DNA from: Candidatus Omnitrophota bacterium
GTDB lineage: Bacteria; Omnitrophota; Gorgyraeia; 1-14-0-20-64-10
Direction of reading: 5' to 3'
NCBI GenBank assembly: GCA_016177405.1
Contig: JACOVG010000024.1
Location: 7,079-71,078, forward strand
DNA length: 64,000 nt
In this document: positions 10,176-20,203 of the stretch, piece by piece
How the letters are laid out: each line of letters starts with the position of its first letter
Position numbering within the stretch: the first letter of the stretch is position 1
Notes under the pieces: generated by a model
The model's database searches: none
Told to the model about the DNA's origin: nothing
Seen by the model: only the letters and a program-made list of their open reading frames with translations
Position numbers and translations under genes: made by a program

Positions 10176-10966
10176 ACCGCCACTTCAGCCCGAATGGCCG
10201 GATGGCACTGGTAATTCTCCAGCGTGAAGTCCTCGTAGGTGAAGTCGAAGATTGATTCCACCTTGGGGTTAAGCTTCATGGTTGGCAAAGGGAAGGGGTC
10301 TCGGCCAAGCTGGAGCTTCGCCTGCTCCAGATGGTTCGAATAGAGGTGCGCGTCGCCGAAGGTGTGGATGAACTCCCCGGGGGCGAGACGGCAGACCTGG
10401 GCGAACATGAGGGTGAGCAGGGCATACGAGGCGATGTTGAAGGGGACCCCCAGGAAAACATCGGCGCTCCTCTGGTACATCTGGCAGGAGAGCCGGCCGT
10501 CCGCCGCGTAAAACTGGAAGAGGCAGTGGCAGGGGGGCAGTTTCATCTTGGCCAGATCGGCCACGTTCCAGGCCGAGACGATGAGCCGCCGGGAGTCCGG
10601 ATTATTCCTGATTTGGGAGATCACCTCGGAGATTTGGTCCACGGCGCCCCGGTCTGGGGTGGGCCAGCTCCGCCACTGACGGCCGTAGACCGGGCCCAGC
10701 TCTCCCTGGGGGTCGGCCCACTCGTCCCAGATGGTGACCCCCCGGTCCCGGAGGTATTTGACGTTGGTGTCCCCCTTTAAAAACCAGAGAAGCTCGTGGA
10801 TGACCGATTTCAAATGCACCTTCTTGGTGGTGACCAGGGGGAAGCCCTCGGCCAGGTCGAACCGCATCTGATGGCCAAAGAGGCTTAAGGTTCCGGTGCC
10901 GGTCCGGTCGGATTTTCTCGTCCCGCGCTCCAGAACATCCCGCATCAGTTGGAGGTATTGGATCAT
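10172..10966 (-). CDS. thyA: Thymidylate synthase
   Basis: [18 protein letters not shown] and [18 protein letters not shown]. Confidence 0.98.
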   Translation of the reverse strand: MIQYLQLMRDVLERGTRKSDRTGTGTLSLFGHQMRFDLAEGFPLVTTKKVHLKSVIHELLWFLKGDTNVKYLRDRGVTIWDEWADPQGELGPVYGRQWRSWPTPDRGAVDQISEVISQIRNNPDSRRLIVSAWNVADLAKMKLPPCHCLFQFYAADGRLSCQMYQRSADVFLGVPFNIASYALLTLMFAQVCRLAPGEFIHTFGDAHLYSNHLEQAKLQLGRDPFPLPTMKLNPKVESIFDFTYEDFTLENYQCHPAIRAEVAV

Positions 10967-11014
10967 GGTGAATGTTATTATAGCGTGCTAAAATAATATT
11001 TTCTCGATCAAGCG
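10967..11014. promoter_or_regulatory. Back-to-back divergent -10 elements for thyA (TATAAT on minus, 10982-10977) and nuoA (TGcTAAAAT, 10986-10994)
   Basis: AT-rich 48-bp intergenic gap with consensus -10 hexamers. Confidence 0.55.
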
Positions 11015-11368
11015 ATGTCTGAATACCTCGGAGTGATCGTAACCTTCTTCTTGGCTGCCGTCGTGGGCGGGGCCTTCCTCCTTTTGGCCAGCGTCCTGGG
11101 GCCCAAGCGCCCCTCCGCGGCCAAGGCCGAGCCCTTCGAGTGCGGGAAGGAGCCGCTGGCCCTGCCGGCCGGCCGCCTGCCCGTCAAGTTTTACCTCGTG
11201 GGGATGCTCTTCATCCTGTTTGACATCGAGCTCGTCTTCCTCTTTCCGTGGGCGGTGGTCTGCCGGAAGCTGGGCCTTGTGGGTTTTGTGGAGATGGGGG
11301 CCTTCCTGGGTGTGGTGATCCTGGCTTTTGTGTACGCCCTCCAAAAGGGCGCGCTGGAGTGGCAATAG
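11015..11368 (+). CDS. nuoA: NADH-quinone oxidoreductase subunit A
   Basis: [20 protein letters not shown] and KGALEW. Confidence 0.95.
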   Translation: MSEYLGVIVTFFLAAVVGGAFLLLASVLGPKRPSAAKAEPFECGKEPLALPAGRLPVKFYLVGMLFILFDIELVFLFPWAVVCRKLGLVGFVEMGAFLGVVILAFVYALQKGALEWQ

Positions 11369-11370
11369 CG

Positions 11371-11877
11371 ATGTTCGGCGCGGCCAATTTCCTCACGAGC
11401 AAGCTGGAATCGGCGATCGGCTGGGCCAGGAAGTTCTCCCTCTTCCAGTATCCCTTTGTGACCGCCTGCTGCGGCATGGAGTACATGGCGGCCGCCTGCT
11501 CCCACTACGACGTGGACCGCTTCGGCGCCGGCTTTCCCCGTTTCTCCCCGCGGCAGGCCGATGTGCTGTTTGTGGTGGGGACGATCAGCCACAAGATGGC
11601 CCCGGTTTTAAAGCGGATCTACGACCAAATGACCGAGCCCAAGTGGGTGGTGGCCTTCGGGGTCTGCACCTGCACCGGCGGCTTTTACGACAATTACGCC
11701 ACGGTGATGGGGATCGACACGATCATTCCGGTGGATGTTTACATCCCGGGCTGCCCCCCCAGGCCCGAGAATGTCTTGGACGGGCTCATGAAGCTTCAGG
11801 AAAAGATCCAGGCCCAGCACTCCCGAAAAGCAGTCCTTCCCGCGCAGAGATTCTATGCTCCCAAGCCAGCTGTGTGA
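11371..11877 (+). CDS. nuoB: NADH-quinone oxidoreductase subunit B
   Basis: TACCGME, SPRQAD and [12 protein letters not shown]. Confidence 0.95.
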   Translation: MFGAANFLTSKLESAIGWARKFSLFQYPFVTACCGMEYMAAACSHYDVDRFGAGFPRFSPRQADVLFVVGTISHKMAPVLKRIYDQMTEPKWVVAFGVCTCTGGFYDNYATVMGIDTIIPVDVYIPGCPPRPENVLDGLMKLQEKIQAQHSRKAVLPAQRFYAPKPAV

Positions 11878-12439
11878 GGCGCTGGCCGCCCGGTTCCCGG
11901 AAGCGGTCCTCGCCCGCCACACCTACCGAAACGACGCCACGGTGACCGTCCGCCCGGAGGGGCTCTTGGCGGCGGCGCGCGCCCTGAAGGAGGACCCGCT
12001 TTTTCAGATGAACTTCCTGATGGACCTGACGGCGGTGGACTATTCCGCCTTCGGCAAGAGGCCGCCCGCGCGGGGGGCCTTTCCCTCGTCGGGCGTGGAG
12101 GTCCGCCCCGAAGATGGGGTCCCGGATGAGGCCCCTTGGCCGGGGCCGGCCGTGGGCGAGCGTTTCGAGGTGGTGTACCACTTCTTCTCCTGGCCCCTGA
12201 AGCACCGCCTGCGCCTGAAGGTGCCGGTGGGGGAGGCGCTCCCCGAGGTGGATTCCTTGACGCCCCTGTGGGCCGCCGCCAACTGGTTTGAGCGGGAGGT
12301 GTGGGACATGTTCGGGATCCGGTTCCGGGGGCACCCCAACCTGAAGCGGATCCTCATGTACGAGGAGTTCGCCGGCCACCCCCTGCGCAAGGATTACCCG
12401 GTGAACAAGCGCCAGCCCTTGATCGGCCCGGTAAATTGA
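11855..12439 (+). CDS. nuoC: NADH-quinone oxidoreductase subunit C
   Basis: [14 protein letters not shown] and GHPLRKDYP. Confidence 0.95.
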   Translation: MLPSQLCEALAARFPEAVLARHTYRNDATVTVRPEGLLAAARALKEDPLFQMNFLMDLTAVDYSAFGKRPPARGAFPSSGVEVRPEDGVPDEAPWPGPAVGERFEVVYHFFSWPLKHRLRLKVPVGEALPEVDSLTPLWAAANWFEREVWDMFGIRFRGHPNLKRILMYEEFAGHPLRKDYPVNKRQPLIGPVN

Positions 12440-12489
12440 CATGAGGCCAGAACTTACGGAACGCAGAGACGTAAGTTCCCCGGCCGAAT

Positions 12490-12579
12490 GTCATCCCGAG
12501 GAGGCCCCCAGGCCGACGAAGGATCTCATGAGGCGAGATTGCTTCGTCCGCCAAAGATCGTTGGCGGACTCGCAATGAC
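12490..12579. repeat. Composite REP-like inverted pair, family 1, between nuoC and nuoD
   Basis: GTCATCCCGAG...GAAGGATCTC and GAGATTGCTTCG...CTCGCAATGAC. Confidence 0.75.
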
Positions 12580-13912
12580 GGAGCAGTCCTTGGAAACGCG
12601 CGACATGCTGCTGAACGTGGGCCCGGCCCACCCGGCCATGCACGGGATCGTCCGGATCATCACCCGCCTGGAGGCGGAGGTGATCCGGGAGGCCGACGTG
12701 GAGATCGGCTACCTCCACCGGGGCTTCGAGAAGATGTCCGAGGAGGTTCCCTTCAACGGGGTGATCCCCTACACCGACCGGCTCAATTACGTGTCGCCGC
12801 TTATCAACAACATGGGCTACTGCATGGCGGTGGAGAAACTCCTGGGGCTGACGGTGCCGGAGCGCTGCCACTACATCCGGGTGCTGATGTCGGAGATCTC
12901 CCGGGTGTGCGACCACTTGACCTGCATCGGGGCCACCGCCATGGAGCTGGGGGCCTTCACCGTCTTCCTCTATATGATCAAGGCGAGGGAGTTCCTGTGG
13001 GAGCTGGTCGAGGAGGTCACCGGGGCGAGACTGACCATCTCTTACTGCCGGGTGGGAGGGGTCAAGGCCGATCTGCCGGGGGATTTTGCCGGGCGCGCCC
13101 AGGAGGCGATCCGCCAGACCCGCGAGGTCCTGAAAGAGGTGGACAAGCTCTTGACCCGCAACCGGATCTTCGTGGACCGGATGAAGGCCACCGGAAAGAT
13201 CACGCAGGAGGAGGCGGTCTCCTACGGGATCACCGGCCCCTTCTTAAGGTCCACCGGGGTGAGCTTTGACGTCCGCAAGGCCCAGCCGTACGCCATCTAC
13301 GACCGGCTCAAGTTTGAGGTTCCCTTAGGTGTCCACGGGGACAACCTGGACCGCTACTACGTCCGGATGGAGGAGATGGAGCAGGCGATGCGGATGGTGG
13401 AGCAGTGCCTGGCGCAGATGCCGCCGGGCCCGGTCGGGGTGAGCCCCGAAACCGGAGAACCTATCCCCGCGGCCGAGATGGTGGACAAGGCCAAGAGGGG
13501 GGAGATTCACTCCATTGCCGGCCGGGCCGCCGTGACCGACCCCACCCTGGAGGGAAGCGGCCAGTCGGCTCATCCGGCGATCGGCGCCGCCGAAAAAAGG
13601 GTTTTCCTGCCGCCCAAGGAGGACACCTACGGCAACATCGAGGGGCTGATGCAGCACTTCAAGCTGGTCATGTTCGGCCACGGCATCCGGCCGCCCAAGG
13701 GGGAGGTTTACTTCCCGGTGGAGGGGGCCAATGGGGAGCTGGGCTTCTACGTGGTCAGCGACGGCTCGGACAAGGCCTACCGGGTCCGGGTGCGGCCGCC
13801 CTGCTTCACCATCATGGCGGCCTTGCCCCGGCTGCTTCAGGGGGACATGATGGCCGATGTGGTGCCCACCTTTGGGTCGGTGAACATGATCGGCGGCGAG
13901 CTCGACCGATGA
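12575..13912 (+). CDS. nuoD: NADH-quinone oxidoreductase subunit D
   Basis: NVGPAHPAMHG, GYLHRGFEK and C-terminal GELDR. Confidence 0.95.
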   Translation: MTEQSLETRDMLLNVGPAHPAMHGIVRIITRLEAEVIREADVEIGYLHRGFEKMSEEVPFNGVIPYTDRLNYVSPLINNMGYCMAVEKLLGLTVPERCHYIRVLMSEISRVCDHLTCIGATAMELGAFTVFLYMIKAREFLWELVEEVTGARLTISYCRVGGVKADLPGDFAGRAQEAIRQTREVLKEVDKLLTRNRIFVDRMKATGKITQEEAVSYGITGPFLRSTGVSFDVRKAQPYAIYDRLKFEVPLGVHGDNLDRYYVRMEEMEQAMRMVEQCLAQMPPGPVGVSPETGEPIPAAEMVDKAKRGEIHSIAGRAAVTDPTLEGSGQSAHPAIGAAEKRVFLPPKEDTYGNIEGLMQHFKLVMFGHGIRPPKGEVYFPVEGANGELGFYVVSDGSDKAYRVRVRPPCFTIMAALPRLLQGDMMADVVPTFGSVNMIGGELDR

Positions 13913-15729
13913 CGGTCTTCGACTTTAAGAGCCTGGATTCCCAGGCGAAGGTGATCATCGGGCGCTACGAGGAGCCCCGGGCGGCCATGCTGCCCCTCCT
14001 GTGGCTGGTGCAGGAGCGGGCGGGCTTCATCCCGCCGGAGGGGGAGGCCTGGGTGAGCCAGAAGCTGGGGGTGGCCATCTCCCATGTCCGGGAGGTGGTC
14101 TCCTTTTACACGATGTTCCGGACAAAACCGGCCGGCAAGCACCACCTTCAGCTTTGCATGAGCTTGCCGTGTCTCCTCAAGGGTTCCGGCGGCGTTTTGG
14201 CCCAACTCACGGAGCGTCTGGGAATAGGCGCCGGGGAAACCACCCTCGACGGCAAGGTGACCCTCTCCACCGTGGAATGCCTGTGCGCCTGCGAATCGGC
14301 CCCGATGGCGCAGGTGAACGAGCGCTACGTGGGGCCTCTGGATGCCAAGAGCCTGCCGGAGGTCTTTCGCCATCTCTTGGAGGAGCCCCATACCCCGGCG
14401 CGCTTTGACGAGTACAGCTCTTTTCACGTCTCCACCGGCGGGCCGGTTCTTTCGAAACGCTTCAAGAACGCCGAGGGGACCTGGTTCGACGCCTACGCGG
14501 CCGATGGGGGCTACGAGGCGGCCCGGAAGGCGTTGACCTCCATGACCCCCGCCCAGGTGACCGAGGAAATCTCCCGCTCCAACCTGCGCGGCTTGGGGGG
14601 CGCCGGCTTTCCCACGGGAAAGAAATGGGGATTCATCCCCAAGGCCTCTTCCAAGCCGGTCTTTCTGGTGGTGAACGCCGATGAGGGAGAGCCCGGCACC
14701 TTCAAGGACCGGTACCTCCTGGAGCGGGACCCGCACGCCCTGCTCGAGGGGATGATCATCGCCGCTTACGCCATCGGCTCCCACAAGGCGTACGTCTACA
14801 TCCGGGGCGAGTATTTCCGGCCGGCCGCCCGGTTCGCCAAGGCCGTGGAAGAGGCCTACGCGCGCGGGTGGCTGGGCAAGAAGATCCAGGGCACCGGCTT
14901 CGATCTGGAGGTGGTGATCCACCGCGGGGCAGGGGCCTACATCTGCGGCGAGGAGACGGCCCTCTTGTCTTCTCTGGAAGGGGGGAAGGGCTACCCGAAG
15001 CTGAAGCCCCCTTTTCCGGCGATCTCCGGGCTCTTCAAGTGCCCGACCATCGTCAACAATGTGGAAACCCTTTCGTGTGTCCCGCCGATCATCCGCCAGG
15101 GGGCGGCGTGGTTCGCGGGGCTGGGGACCGCCAAGCAGGGGGGAAGCCGGCTCTTCAGCCTGTCCGGTCACGCGGCCAGGCCGGGCCTGTATGAGGCCCC
15201 GGTAACAGTCACCCTGCGGGATCTCATCATGAACCAGGCCGGCGGCGTCCGCCAAGGGCGAAAACTGAAGGCGGTGATCCCGGGCGGCATCTCCGCCAAG
15301 GTGCTGACGGCCGACGAGATTGATGTGGCGATGGATTTCGATTCGCTCGCGGAGCGCGGGACGATGGCCGGTTCGGCCGGGGTCATCGTGATGGACGAGA
15401 CCACCTGCATGGTGGAGGCCCTGGCCAGCGCGGCCCGCTTCTTCGCGGACGAATCGTGCGGCCAATGCTCGCCCTGCCGGGAAGGGACCGGCTGGATCCT
15501 GAAGGTGATGAACCGGATCCGGCGCGGCGAGGGCCGCGACGGGGATCTGGAGGCCCTGCTTTCCGCGGCCTCCCGCATGGAGGGCAAGACGATCTGCGTC
15601 TTTGCCGACGCCGCGGCCTGGCCGGTTGTGAGCTACATCACGAAGTTCCGTTCGGAGTTTGAGCACCACGTGAAAACCGGAACCTGCGATTTGAAGCGAG
15701 AGCCGTCTCATGCCCACGCTGACCATTGA
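13909..15729 (+). CDS. nuoF: Fused NADH-quinone oxidoreductase subunits E and F
   Basis: NuoE 2Fe-2S motifs (CMSLPC, ECLCAC) in frame with NuoF motifs (LRGLGGAGF, NADEGEPG, GAGAYICGEET, ESCGQCSPCREG). Confidence 0.9.
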   Translation: MTVFDFKSLDSQAKVIIGRYEEPRAAMLPLLWLVQERAGFIPPEGEAWVSQKLGVAISHVREVVSFYTMFRTKPAGKHHLQLCMSLPCLLKGSGGVLAQLTERLGIGAGETTLDGKVTLSTVECLCACESAPMAQVNERYVGPLDAKSLPEVFRHLLEEPHTPARFDEYSSFHVSTGGPVLSKRFKNAEGTWFDAYAADGGYEAARKALTSMTPAQVTEEISRSNLRGLGGAGFPTGKKWGFIPKASSKPVFLVVNADEGEPGTFKDRYLLERDPHALLEGMIIAAYAIGSHKAYVYIRGEYFRPAARFAKAVEEAYARGWLGKKIQGTGFDLEVVIHRGAGAYICGEETALLSSLEGGKGYPKLKPPFPAISGLFKCPTIVNNVETLSCVPPIIRQGAAWFAGLGTAKQGGSRLFSLSGHAARPGLYEAPVTVTLRDLIMNQAGGVRQGRKLKAVIPGGISAKVLTADEIDVAMDFDSLAERGTMAGSAGVIVMDETTCMVEALASAARFFADESCGQCSPCREGTGWILKVMNRIRRGEGRDGDLEALLSAASRMEGKTICVFADAAAWPVVSYITKFRSEFEHHVKTGTCDLKREPSHAHADH

Positions 15730-17389
15730 CGGCAAGCCGGTCACCGTGCCGGAAGGGACCACGGTGATCCAGGCGGCCGAAAAGCTCGGGATCTTCGTCC
15801 CGCGCTACTGCTACCACCCCGGCCTCTCGGTCGCCGGCAACTGCAGGATTTGCCTGGTGGAGGTGGCGAAAAGCCCCAAGCTTCAGATCGCCTGCAACAC
15901 GCCCGCCGCCGAGGGGATGGTGGTGCTCACCCGCGGCGCGAAGGTTGAGGAGGGCCGGCAGGCGGTGCTGGAGTTTCTCCTGATCAACCATCCCCTGGAC
16001 TGCCCGGTCTGCGATCAGTCGGGGGAGTGCGACCTCCAGAACTTCTACATGACCTACGGCCTCTACGACCCCCGCTTCAAGGAGCAGAAGGTGAAAAAGG
16101 CCAAGGCCGTCGCGATCGGGCCGAAGGTCATGCTGGACGCCGAGCGCTGTATCCTTTGCTCCAGGTGCGTGCGCTTCACCGACGAGGTCACGAAGACCGG
16201 CGAGTTCGGGATCTTCAATCGGGGTGACCGCTCCCAGATCGGCCTGTATCCCGGCAAGACGCTGGACAACCCCTACTCCGGCAATGTGGTGGACATCTGC
16301 CCGGTGGGGGCCCTGACCGACCGGGACTTCCGGTTCAAGGCCAGGGTCTGGTACCTCTCGACGGCCCCGTCGGTGTGCGGCGGCTGTTCCCGCGGATGCA
16401 ACGTCGACCTCCATTACGTCCTGGACCGGCCCCACCTGGCCCAGGGCGCGCGGGTGATGCGGCTCAAGCCCCGCTTCAACCCCGACGTCAACCGGTGGTG
16501 GATGTGCGACGAGGGTCGCTACGGCTACAAATTCATGGATCAGAAACGGCTTACCCGGGTGACCCACCGCGGGTCGGAAAGCACCTGGGAAGAGGCCCTG
16601 ACGGCCCTGGCCGGCTGGCTCGCCCGGGCCCGGGAGGAGGGCCGGCTGGATCAGGTGGGAGTGATCCCCTCCGCGCGGTTGACCACCGAGGAGCTTTTTC
16701 TGATCCGGAAGCTGTTTCAGGAAGCGCTTGGATTGAAGAACTGCCTCCTGGACCTCCCGCCCAAAGACGGCACCAGCGACGGCTTTCTGATTCAGGCGGA
16801 TAAAAACCCGAATACAATGGGCGCCGCGCTTTTGGACCTCTCACCCTCACCCCAACCCTCTCCCATCAAGGGAGAGGGCGGTGGGGCGGGGGATGGCCTG
16901 TCCATCCTCCAGAAGGCCCTGGACGGCCAGCTGAAGGCGCTCTGGATCTTCGGCCACGATCTGGTGGGGCTTCTGGGAGAAGAGAAGACGGCCCAGCTGG
17001 CCAAACAGCTTGAGCTTCTTGTCTATCAGGGTTCGAACGAAAACCCGACCGCGCGCCATGCCCATTGGGTCCTGCCCGGCGCGGTCTACGTGGAGAAGGA
17101 CGGCACCTTCGTGAACTGCCAGGGGCGGGTCCAGAGGGTGGGCAAGGCGTTCAAGCCCCTTCCTGGGGCGCGGCCGGAGGCGGAATTTCTGGTGGAGTTG
17201 GCCAAGCGGCTTGAGATCCAGGTCCAGGGCCGGACGCCCGAGGAGCTGTTTGCCTGGCTGGCGCGGGAGGTCCCCGCCTTCGCGGGGCTCACCTACGAAA
17301 AGCTGGGCTGGCAGGGGATGGCCGTAAACTTGTCGTCATCCTCGCGAAAGCGAGGATCCCCGATCGAGTCGGGGATGACAAACCCATGA
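15710..17389 (+). CDS. nuoG: NADH-quinone oxidoreductase subunit G (short form)
   Basis: CYHP, GNCRICLVE, HPLDCPVCDQSGECDLQ, CILCSRC and DICPVGAL. Confidence 0.9.
   Translation: MPTLTIDGKPVTVPEGTTVIQAAEKLGIFVPRYCYHPGLSVAGNCRICLVEVAKSPKLQIACNTPAAEGMVVLTRGAKVEEGRQAVLEFLLINHPLDCPVCDQSGECDLQNFYMTYGLYDPRFKEQKVKKAKAVAIGPKVMLDAERCILCSRCVRFTDEVTKTGEFGIFNRGDRSQIGLYPGKTLDNPYSGNVVDICPVGALTDRDFRFKARVWYLSTAPSVCGGCSRGCNVDLHYVLDRPHLAQGARVMRLKPRFNPDVNRWWMCDEGRYGYKFMDQKRLTRVTHRGSESTWEEALTALAGWLARAREEGRLDQVGVIPSARLTTEELFLIRKLFQEALGLKNCLLDLPPKDGTSDGFLIQADKNPNTMGAALLDLSPSPQPSPIKGEGGGAGDGLSILQKALDGQLKALWIFGHDLVGLLGEEKTAQLAKQLELLVYQGSNENPTARHAHWVLPGAVYVEKDGTFVNCQGRVQRVGKAFKPLPGARPEAEFLVELAKRLEIQVQGRTPEELFAWLAREVPAFAGLTYEKLGWQGMAVNLSSSSRKRGSPIESGMTNP
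16844..16878. repeat. REP-like palindrome, family 2, inserted in frame in nuoG (encodes PSPQPSPIKGEG)
   Basis: CCCTCACCCCAA-CCCTCTCCC-ATCAA-GGGAGAGGG; homologous intergenic copies at 29472-29566. Confidence 0.7.
17335..17379. repeat. REP-like element forming the nuoG C-terminus
   Basis: GTCATCCTCGCGAAAGCGAGGATCCCCGATCGAGTCGGGGATGAC. Confidence 0.65.
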
Positions 17390-18477
17390 CCGGATACTTC
17401 CTCATCAAGCTGGCGCTGGCCTCGGTGGTCTTCTTCGGGGTGCTGAACTTGGCCGGCCTGCACACCTGGGTGGAGCGCAAGCAGTCGGCCCTCATGCAGG
17501 ATCGGATCGGGGCCAACCGGGCGAGCATCCTGGGGCTTCGCCTCTTTGGGATCTTTCACCCGCTGGCCGACGCGGTGAAGATGTTCACCAAGGAGGATTT
17601 CATCCCGGCGGGCGCGGACCGCTTCCTCCATACGCTGGCCCCTTTCGTCTCCATCTTCTTCGCCCTGGCGGCCTTCGCGGGCATCCCCTTCGGGGACCGG
17701 CTTGCCGTGGGCGGGCAAATGATCGAACTGCAGGTGGCCAAGATAGACGTGGCCCTCCTCTACATCTTCGCGATGCTCTCCCTGGGGATCTACGGCGTCA
17801 TCCTGGCCGGGTTCGCCTCCCGCAGCAACTACGCCATGCTGGGCTCCCTGCGGGCCTGCGCCCAGATGCTCTCCTACGAGATTGTCCTTGGGGTTTCCAT
17901 CATCGGGGTCGTGATGGTCTTCGGGACGCTGGACCTCCAGGAGATGGTCCGGGCGCAGGGGAAATATTTCCTGGGCGTGGTCCCCCTGTGGGGGGTGGTC
18001 CTTCAGCCGGCGGCCTTCTTCATCTTCCTGACGGCGGCGCTGGCCGAAACCAAGCGGGTCCCCTTTGACCTGCCGGAAGGGGAGTCGGAGATCGTGGGCT
18101 ACTTCGTGGAATACTCCGGGATGAAATTCGGGATGTTCTTCATGACCGATTTCATCGAGACGGTGATGGTGGCGTGCCTGGCGACCACCCTCTTCTTCGG
18201 CGGCTGGCAGGTGCCCTACCTCCGGCCGGAGGGTTTCTTCTTCCCCTGGGGGGCCCATCTGGCGGTGAGCCAGCTCACCTACGTTCTTCTTGGGGTGGGG
18301 GCCTTCATGCTGAAGGTGATCGTCTTCTGCTGGCTCTTCATGACGATCCGCTGGACTCTGCCCCGGTTCCGATACGATCAGCTGATGCATTTGGGCTGGG
18401 GGATCCTCTTTCCGATCTCGTTGGCGAACGTGCTGGTCACCGGCTTGGTGTTGGCGTGCTTCGGAAACGCGAATTAA
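17386..18477 (+). CDS. nuoH: NADH-quinone oxidoreductase subunit H
   Basis: QDRIGANR, LAETKRVPFDLPEGESE and RWTLPRFRYDQLM. Confidence 0.95.
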   Translation: MTGYFLIKLALASVVFFGVLNLAGLHTWVERKQSALMQDRIGANRASILGLRLFGIFHPLADAVKMFTKEDFIPAGADRFLHTLAPFVSIFFALAAFAGIPFGDRLAVGGQMIELQVAKIDVALLYIFAMLSLGIYGVILAGFASRSNYAMLGSLRACAQMLSYEIVLGVSIIGVVMVFGTLDLQEMVRAQGKYFLGVVPLWGVVLQPAAFFIFLTAALAETKRVPFDLPEGESEIVGYFVEYSGMKFGMFFMTDFIETVMVACLATTLFFGGWQVPYLRPEGFFFPWGAHLAVSQLTYVLLGVGAFMLKVIVFCWLFMTIRWTLPRFRYDQLMHLGWGILFPISLANVLVTGLVLACFGNAN

Positions 18478-19091
18478 ACTTCTGGGAGAGGATTTACCTC
18501 CCCGAGATCATCCGGGGCGTGGCGATCACAAGCCGCCATTTTTTCGTGAATCTCTTCTTCCACAGCGCCCACCGGCTGGGGCTTTTCAAGGGCAAGCTGG
18601 CGGCCGTCACCTTTCAGTATCCGGAGCAGACCCGCCCCCTGGCGTCCAGGTCGCGCACCCGGCACCGGCTGACCGTCCGGGAGGAGGGGACCCCCCGGTG
18701 CGTGGGTTGTATGCTCTGCGAGACGGTCTGCCCGGCCAAGTGCATCACCATCGTGGCCGGCGAGCACCCGGACCCCAACGTGGAGAAATATCCGGTGCGC
18801 TTCGACATTGACCTGGGGGTGTGCGTCTACTGCGGGTACTGTGTGGAGGTCTGCCCGGAGGACGCCATCCGGATGGACACCGAGATCCTGGACATCGCCG
18901 CCTACTCCCGCGACGCGATGAAGCTGGACCTCCATGAGCTGATGGACCCCAAACTGCGCAAGCCGGTGGCGGAGTGCAAGCTGAAATTCCCGCACCAGTG
19001 CAAAATTCATGGGAACCAAACGAGGGGGAGCTGGAAGGCCGTTTACGGAGAGCAAACATGCGCTGCCGGGAGCTTGGAACCACAGGACTGA
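18456..19091 (+). CDS. nuoI: NADH-quinone oxidoreductase subunit I
   Basis: Two CxxCxxCxxxCP clusters and TFQYPE; GTG start inferred. Confidence 0.9.
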   Translation: MLRKRELNFWERIYLPEIIRGVAITSRHFFVNLFFHSAHRLGLFKGKLAAVTFQYPEQTRPLASRSRTRHRLTVREEGTPRCVGCMLCETVCPAKCITIVAGEHPDPNVEKYPVRFDIDLGVCVYCGYCVEVCPEDAIRMDTEILDIAAYSRDAMKLDLHELMDPKLRKPVAECKLKFPHQCKIHGNQTRGSWKAVYGEQTCAAGSLEPQD

Positions 19092-20074
19092 AGGTCTCCG
19101 AGATCGGCTTCGGGGTCTGGACCGTGGCCACCACCTGGTGGGGGATCAAGGAGGAGGCGGTTGGCGTGCGGCTTCTTCAGAAGGCCTTTGATCTGGGGAT
19201 CAACTTCTTCGACACGGCCGACACCTACGGCACCGGCCTGGGGGAGACGATCCTGGCCAAGGCGCTGGGAGATAAGCGGGATCAGATCGTCATCGGCACC
19301 AAGGTGGGCTACGACTTTTACCACCACACCTCCCGCCAGGGGCAGGAGGAGATCCCGCAGGATTTCTCCGCCAAGTATCTGGAATTCGCGCTGGGAGAGT
19401 CGTTGAAGCGGCTGGGCGCCGAAACGATTGATCTCTACCAGCTCCACAACCCCAGGATCGAGGCGATCGCCAACGACGAAATCTTTGAAACCCTGGAGCG
19501 CTTCAAGAAGGAAGGGAAGATCAGAAGCTACGGCGTCGCCCTGGGGCCGGCCATCGCCGAACGGCAGATTGATGAAGGCAAGCTTGCCATCAAAACCCGC
19601 GGGGTTTCTGCCGTCCAGATCATCTACAACCTGCTGGAGCCCATGCTGGGGCAGGCCCTCTTTCCGGCGGCCCGCGGGGGATCGGCCGGTTTCCTTGTTC
19701 GGGTGCCCCATGCCTCCGGCCTGCTGGACGGCACGGTGACGCCGCGGACGACCTTCGCCCAGACCGACCACCGCTTCCACCGGGTTTCCACCGATGAGAG
19801 AAAGAAGAAATGGCAGGAAGAGGGTTTGAAGAAGGTGGAGAGGCTTGCCTTCCTCACGGAAGGCAAGGGAAGGAGCCTGGGCCAGGCGGCCCTCAAATTC
19901 ATCTTGTCGGAGCCCACCGTCACGTCGGTTTTGCCCAACATCTACAACAAGAAACTCCTCGCCGAATTTGCCAAGGCTCCAGATTCCATGGACTTGACCG
20001 CCGATGAACTGAAGAAGGTGCAAGAACTGTACGCCTCGGACTTCGACCTTGCCCCAAGTCGCGCCGTACGTTAG
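19058..20074 (+). CDS. Aldo/keto reductase
   Basis: [29 protein letters not shown] and IDLYQLHN. Confidence 0.92.
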   Translation: MRCRELGTTGLKVSEIGFGVWTVATTWWGIKEEAVGVRLLQKAFDLGINFFDTADTYGTGLGETILAKALGDKRDQIVIGTKVGYDFYHHTSRQGQEEIPQDFSAKYLEFALGESLKRLGAETIDLYQLHNPRIEAIANDEIFETLERFKKEGKIRSYGVALGPAIAERQIDEGKLAIKTRGVSAVQIIYNLLEPMLGQALFPAARGGSAGFLVRVPHASGLLDGTVTPRTTFAQTDHRFHRVSTDERKKKWQEEGLKKVERLAFLTEGKGRSLGQAALKFILSEPTVTSVLPNIYNKKLLAEFAKAPDSMDLTADELKKVQELYASDFDLAPSRAVR

Positions 20075-20081
20075 TATTTAT

Positions 20082-20129
20082 ATAAAGTTAAATTTAATCT
20101 TGTTTTTCCCGCTTTCCATCAGGTAAACT
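20082..20129 (+). promoter_or_regulatory. Putative promoter of GLEE protein 2 (ATAAAGTTA box; TTGTTT-18bp-TAAACT)
   Basis: Matches the element at 2815-2863. Confidence 0.5.
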
Positions 20130-20203
20130 TACATTTGGAAACCCTCTATTCGCAAGGGGTTTTTTAATACACAGTTTCTTGAGGGATAAGAAGAATTTCC
20201 AAT

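Noticed and set aside
13405-13908. N-terminal extension of the NuoEF ORF
   Set aside because: It overlaps nuoD out of frame; the ATGA-coupled start at 13909 fits NuoE
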